Below are positions 62,201-64,000 of a stretch of 64,000 nt of DNA, piece by piece (position 1 is the stretch's first letter; each line of letters begins with the position of its first letter). Origin of the DNA: Pecten maximus (Eukaryota). The stretch lies in the NCBI RefSeq assembly GCF_902652985.1, contig NC_047020.1:4340001-4404000 (forward strand), in the 5' to 3' direction. A program made the position numbers and the translations under genes. Under the pieces are notes generated by a model that saw only the letters and a list, made by a program, of their open reading frames with translations, made no database searches and had not been told where the DNA came from.

Positions 62201-63750
62201 ATCAGATTTTCAACCTGTACCTGGTTGTTAAGTGCGAGTAGCGGATCCAGTACGCTAATTATCACAATAGTTTTTCTGGACATCGGGGGAGAGGAGACGC
62301 TCTCTATTTACGACGGTAAGGAGCAAAAAATGAATATCAAATTAGTAGTTTAAATGAGTAGGCAAACAATACAAAGAAGATTCAAAGAACTGGCACAATT
62401 ACATCATTTGAGGTAATTATATCATAACATATAAATAATCATCATGAATCAGCATAAACAATACTTCAAGCGAAGAAGTTGTTGGTTAAGGTCAGAAACA
62501 GCTGATCTGTCCTACTTAATTTAGTAATCCACCTGGAAAAAAAACTAAAGCAAACCACAATAAAAAAATGTCTATTGTTAAAACAACGTTAAAGCTATGG
62601 AAGCCTTTAAAATAAGATACTAACAGCGGTATGACACAAATTACTCCTTTATTAAGGTTCCGACAATACTGCGAATCAATTGATCAGTCTCAGCACAGAC
62701 CGGACAGCCTTCACAGACGGGTCAGTAGTGTCCACCACCGGGGACAAGGCCTACATCCAGTTTAACACTGCTGTCATGGATACTGCTCGGTTAGGGTTCA
62801 TCGTATCATACAACGAATCGGCGTCCACGGCGACAACAGGTAAGTGAGTCGTCGGACAGGAACATGGTAACAAAACAGTTGACGTCTTTATCAGGTGACG
62901 ACTGGTGAGTTATCAGTATCTACGATAATAACACTACTACGACGACGACAACAGTGGGGACAATATCATTTCACATCAAGAAGAATTCTAACTAAAGGAT
63001 CTTTCGATTTTTGTGCAGTAGCATTTCAATCTTTAGTACAAATATCTACCTGTTTGTTTATACAGCCGCCGCAACATCTGCTGCTCCCGTCGCAGCCACT
63101 ACAACATACACAGCCCCCTCCGCCTGTGACTCCGGAACCACCACTGTAACCGCCACTTCCGGGTCCTCCGGGTATATCACCACACCGGGCTATCCAGAGT
63201 TTTATGGACAGTAAGATATTTCTAAAGTAATGTACAAGGGGTTAATGAACGCTTAATTTTAGAATTAATATATATACCTCCGTATATATCGTGTACTAAA
63301 ATATGCAAAGGACATATGGCTAGCATAAATAAGACTCAACATATTAGAAATTCCTCAACAGCGAAATACGCTTCCCCAGTCATGTTTAATGTTCCTGTTG
63401 TAAAAAAAAAAAATTCAGGTTTTGTTTAATAACACCAATGAAATATAGACTGTAATTGCTAATTCAGGAAAGGAAAAAGGCAGGATTTCTCTTTTTATTT
63501 TGGTAATTTTTCATTTATTTTTATTTTTTGGAGGGGGGGGGGGATTTACCACTGACATTTTGTATATGTTTGGATAGGCTAATTCCTGGCTGTGTCGGCT
63601 ATGTTGACAATATTATTTGTTTCCACAGTAACCTGGCCTGTAATTGGGTGGTACAAGCGTCAACTGGAGAACAAATCTCCCTGACCGCAGTTGATTCGGC
63701 AATAGAGGACAGTGAAGGCTGTAGTGGAGACCGTGTAACTCTCTACGACG
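59245..63750 (+). CDS. Secreted or membrane multi-CUB domain protein (at least 3 CUBs; 3' end outside window)
   Basis: Exons 59245-59296 (signal peptide MESLGATILLLFMIITH), 59791-59896, 60263-60393 (NMDCKWLI...GCSYDGLTVYDG), 60558-60719 (GRICN...LKSDSSVQATGFSLRY), 61513-61606 (YLTSPDFP), 62206-62315, 62657-62839, 63066-63210 (YITTPGYP), 63629-63750 (NLACNWVV...GCSGDRVTLYDG). All phases join. Probable non-coding exon ending at 59028. Confidence 0.9.
59875..60110 (+). repeat. Degenerate ~88-bp tandem triplication of a coding exon end + donor in the multi-CUB gene
   Basis: GCTGGAGAGTTTCTTATTACTC|GTAAG...GATGGAGAAGTCCATAG recurs as GCTGGGGAGCTTCTCTCTACTC...GAGGGAGAAGTCTCATAG (~59962) and GGTGGAGAGTTTCTTACTACTC (~60051). 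Confidence 0.75.
60711..61130 (+). repeat. ~33-bp degenerate minisatellite (~11 copies) made of an exon end + donor in the multi-CUB gene
   Basis: Unit AACCTACCA|GTAAGTAATTTTTACTGTATATAT versus the real junction AAGCCTACCA|GTAAGTAA at 60719/60720. Confidence 0.9.
62020..62209 (+). repeat. Triplicated splice acceptor region before the exon at 62206 (multi-CUB gene)
   Basis: CACGTCAATRCCTATT...TTTTAT(AT)CAG|ATTT occurs three times, with AG ending at 62062, 62147 and 62205. Confidence 0.85.
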
Positions 63751-64000
63751 GTATGACAGTAATTCTCGTCACACAACTATCGGTCTGTCAATGTTTGTCA
63801 TAGGACGTTAAAAGTATGAATAACCACTGAATGATGTAGGTTTATACTGATGATTCCGCATATACTGTACATGTTGCTAAATACATGTTAAAAGGTGATA
63901 TTCGCTTGTGAGCGTTTTATACAATACTGCAAGACAGTGACACCGAAAAATAATGTAGGCGCATAATTACATCACTATAGTGATGAGTTTAGTTTTTGCG

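Noticed and set aside
62895-62990. Thr-rich stretch (ACTACTACGACGACGACAACA) as an extra linker exon
   Set aside because: No phase-compatible acceptor/donor pair without a stop; the flanking exons already join in frame.

Overview
AT-rich, intron-containing eukaryotic DNA; the gene and repeat content suggests a lophotrochozoan such as a bivalve mollusc (inference). Bases 1-17.6 kb are repeats and transposon debris: tRNA-derived SINE-like heads, a THAP-domain relic, a deleted Kolobok-like element, two decayed CR1/L2-type LINE pieces, MITEs and satellites. Bases 18.2-51.1 kb hold a tandem cluster of SLC5 (SGLT-type sodium:solute symporter) genes. Copies A (14 exons, 668 aa) and C (14 exons, 652 aa) are complete. 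Copy B is broken: exons 1-4 lie on +, then a 500-N gap, then exons 6-8 inverted on -. Bases 52.4-64 kb hold a head-to-head pair of CUB-domain genes: a 206-aa signal peptide + CUB + TM protein on -, and a protein with at least 3 CUB domains on + that runs off the window. The most striking pattern is six independent intronic tandem arrays whose repeat unit is a copy of the adjacent exon-intron junction, giving up to ~30 splice donors or ~18 acceptors in a row. The three SLC5 arrays are absent at the same junction in the paralogues. The SLC5 proteins also carry unusual substitutions at sugar-binding positions. All gene models were built by hand from GT-AG sites and reading-frame continuity; copy numbers are approximate.
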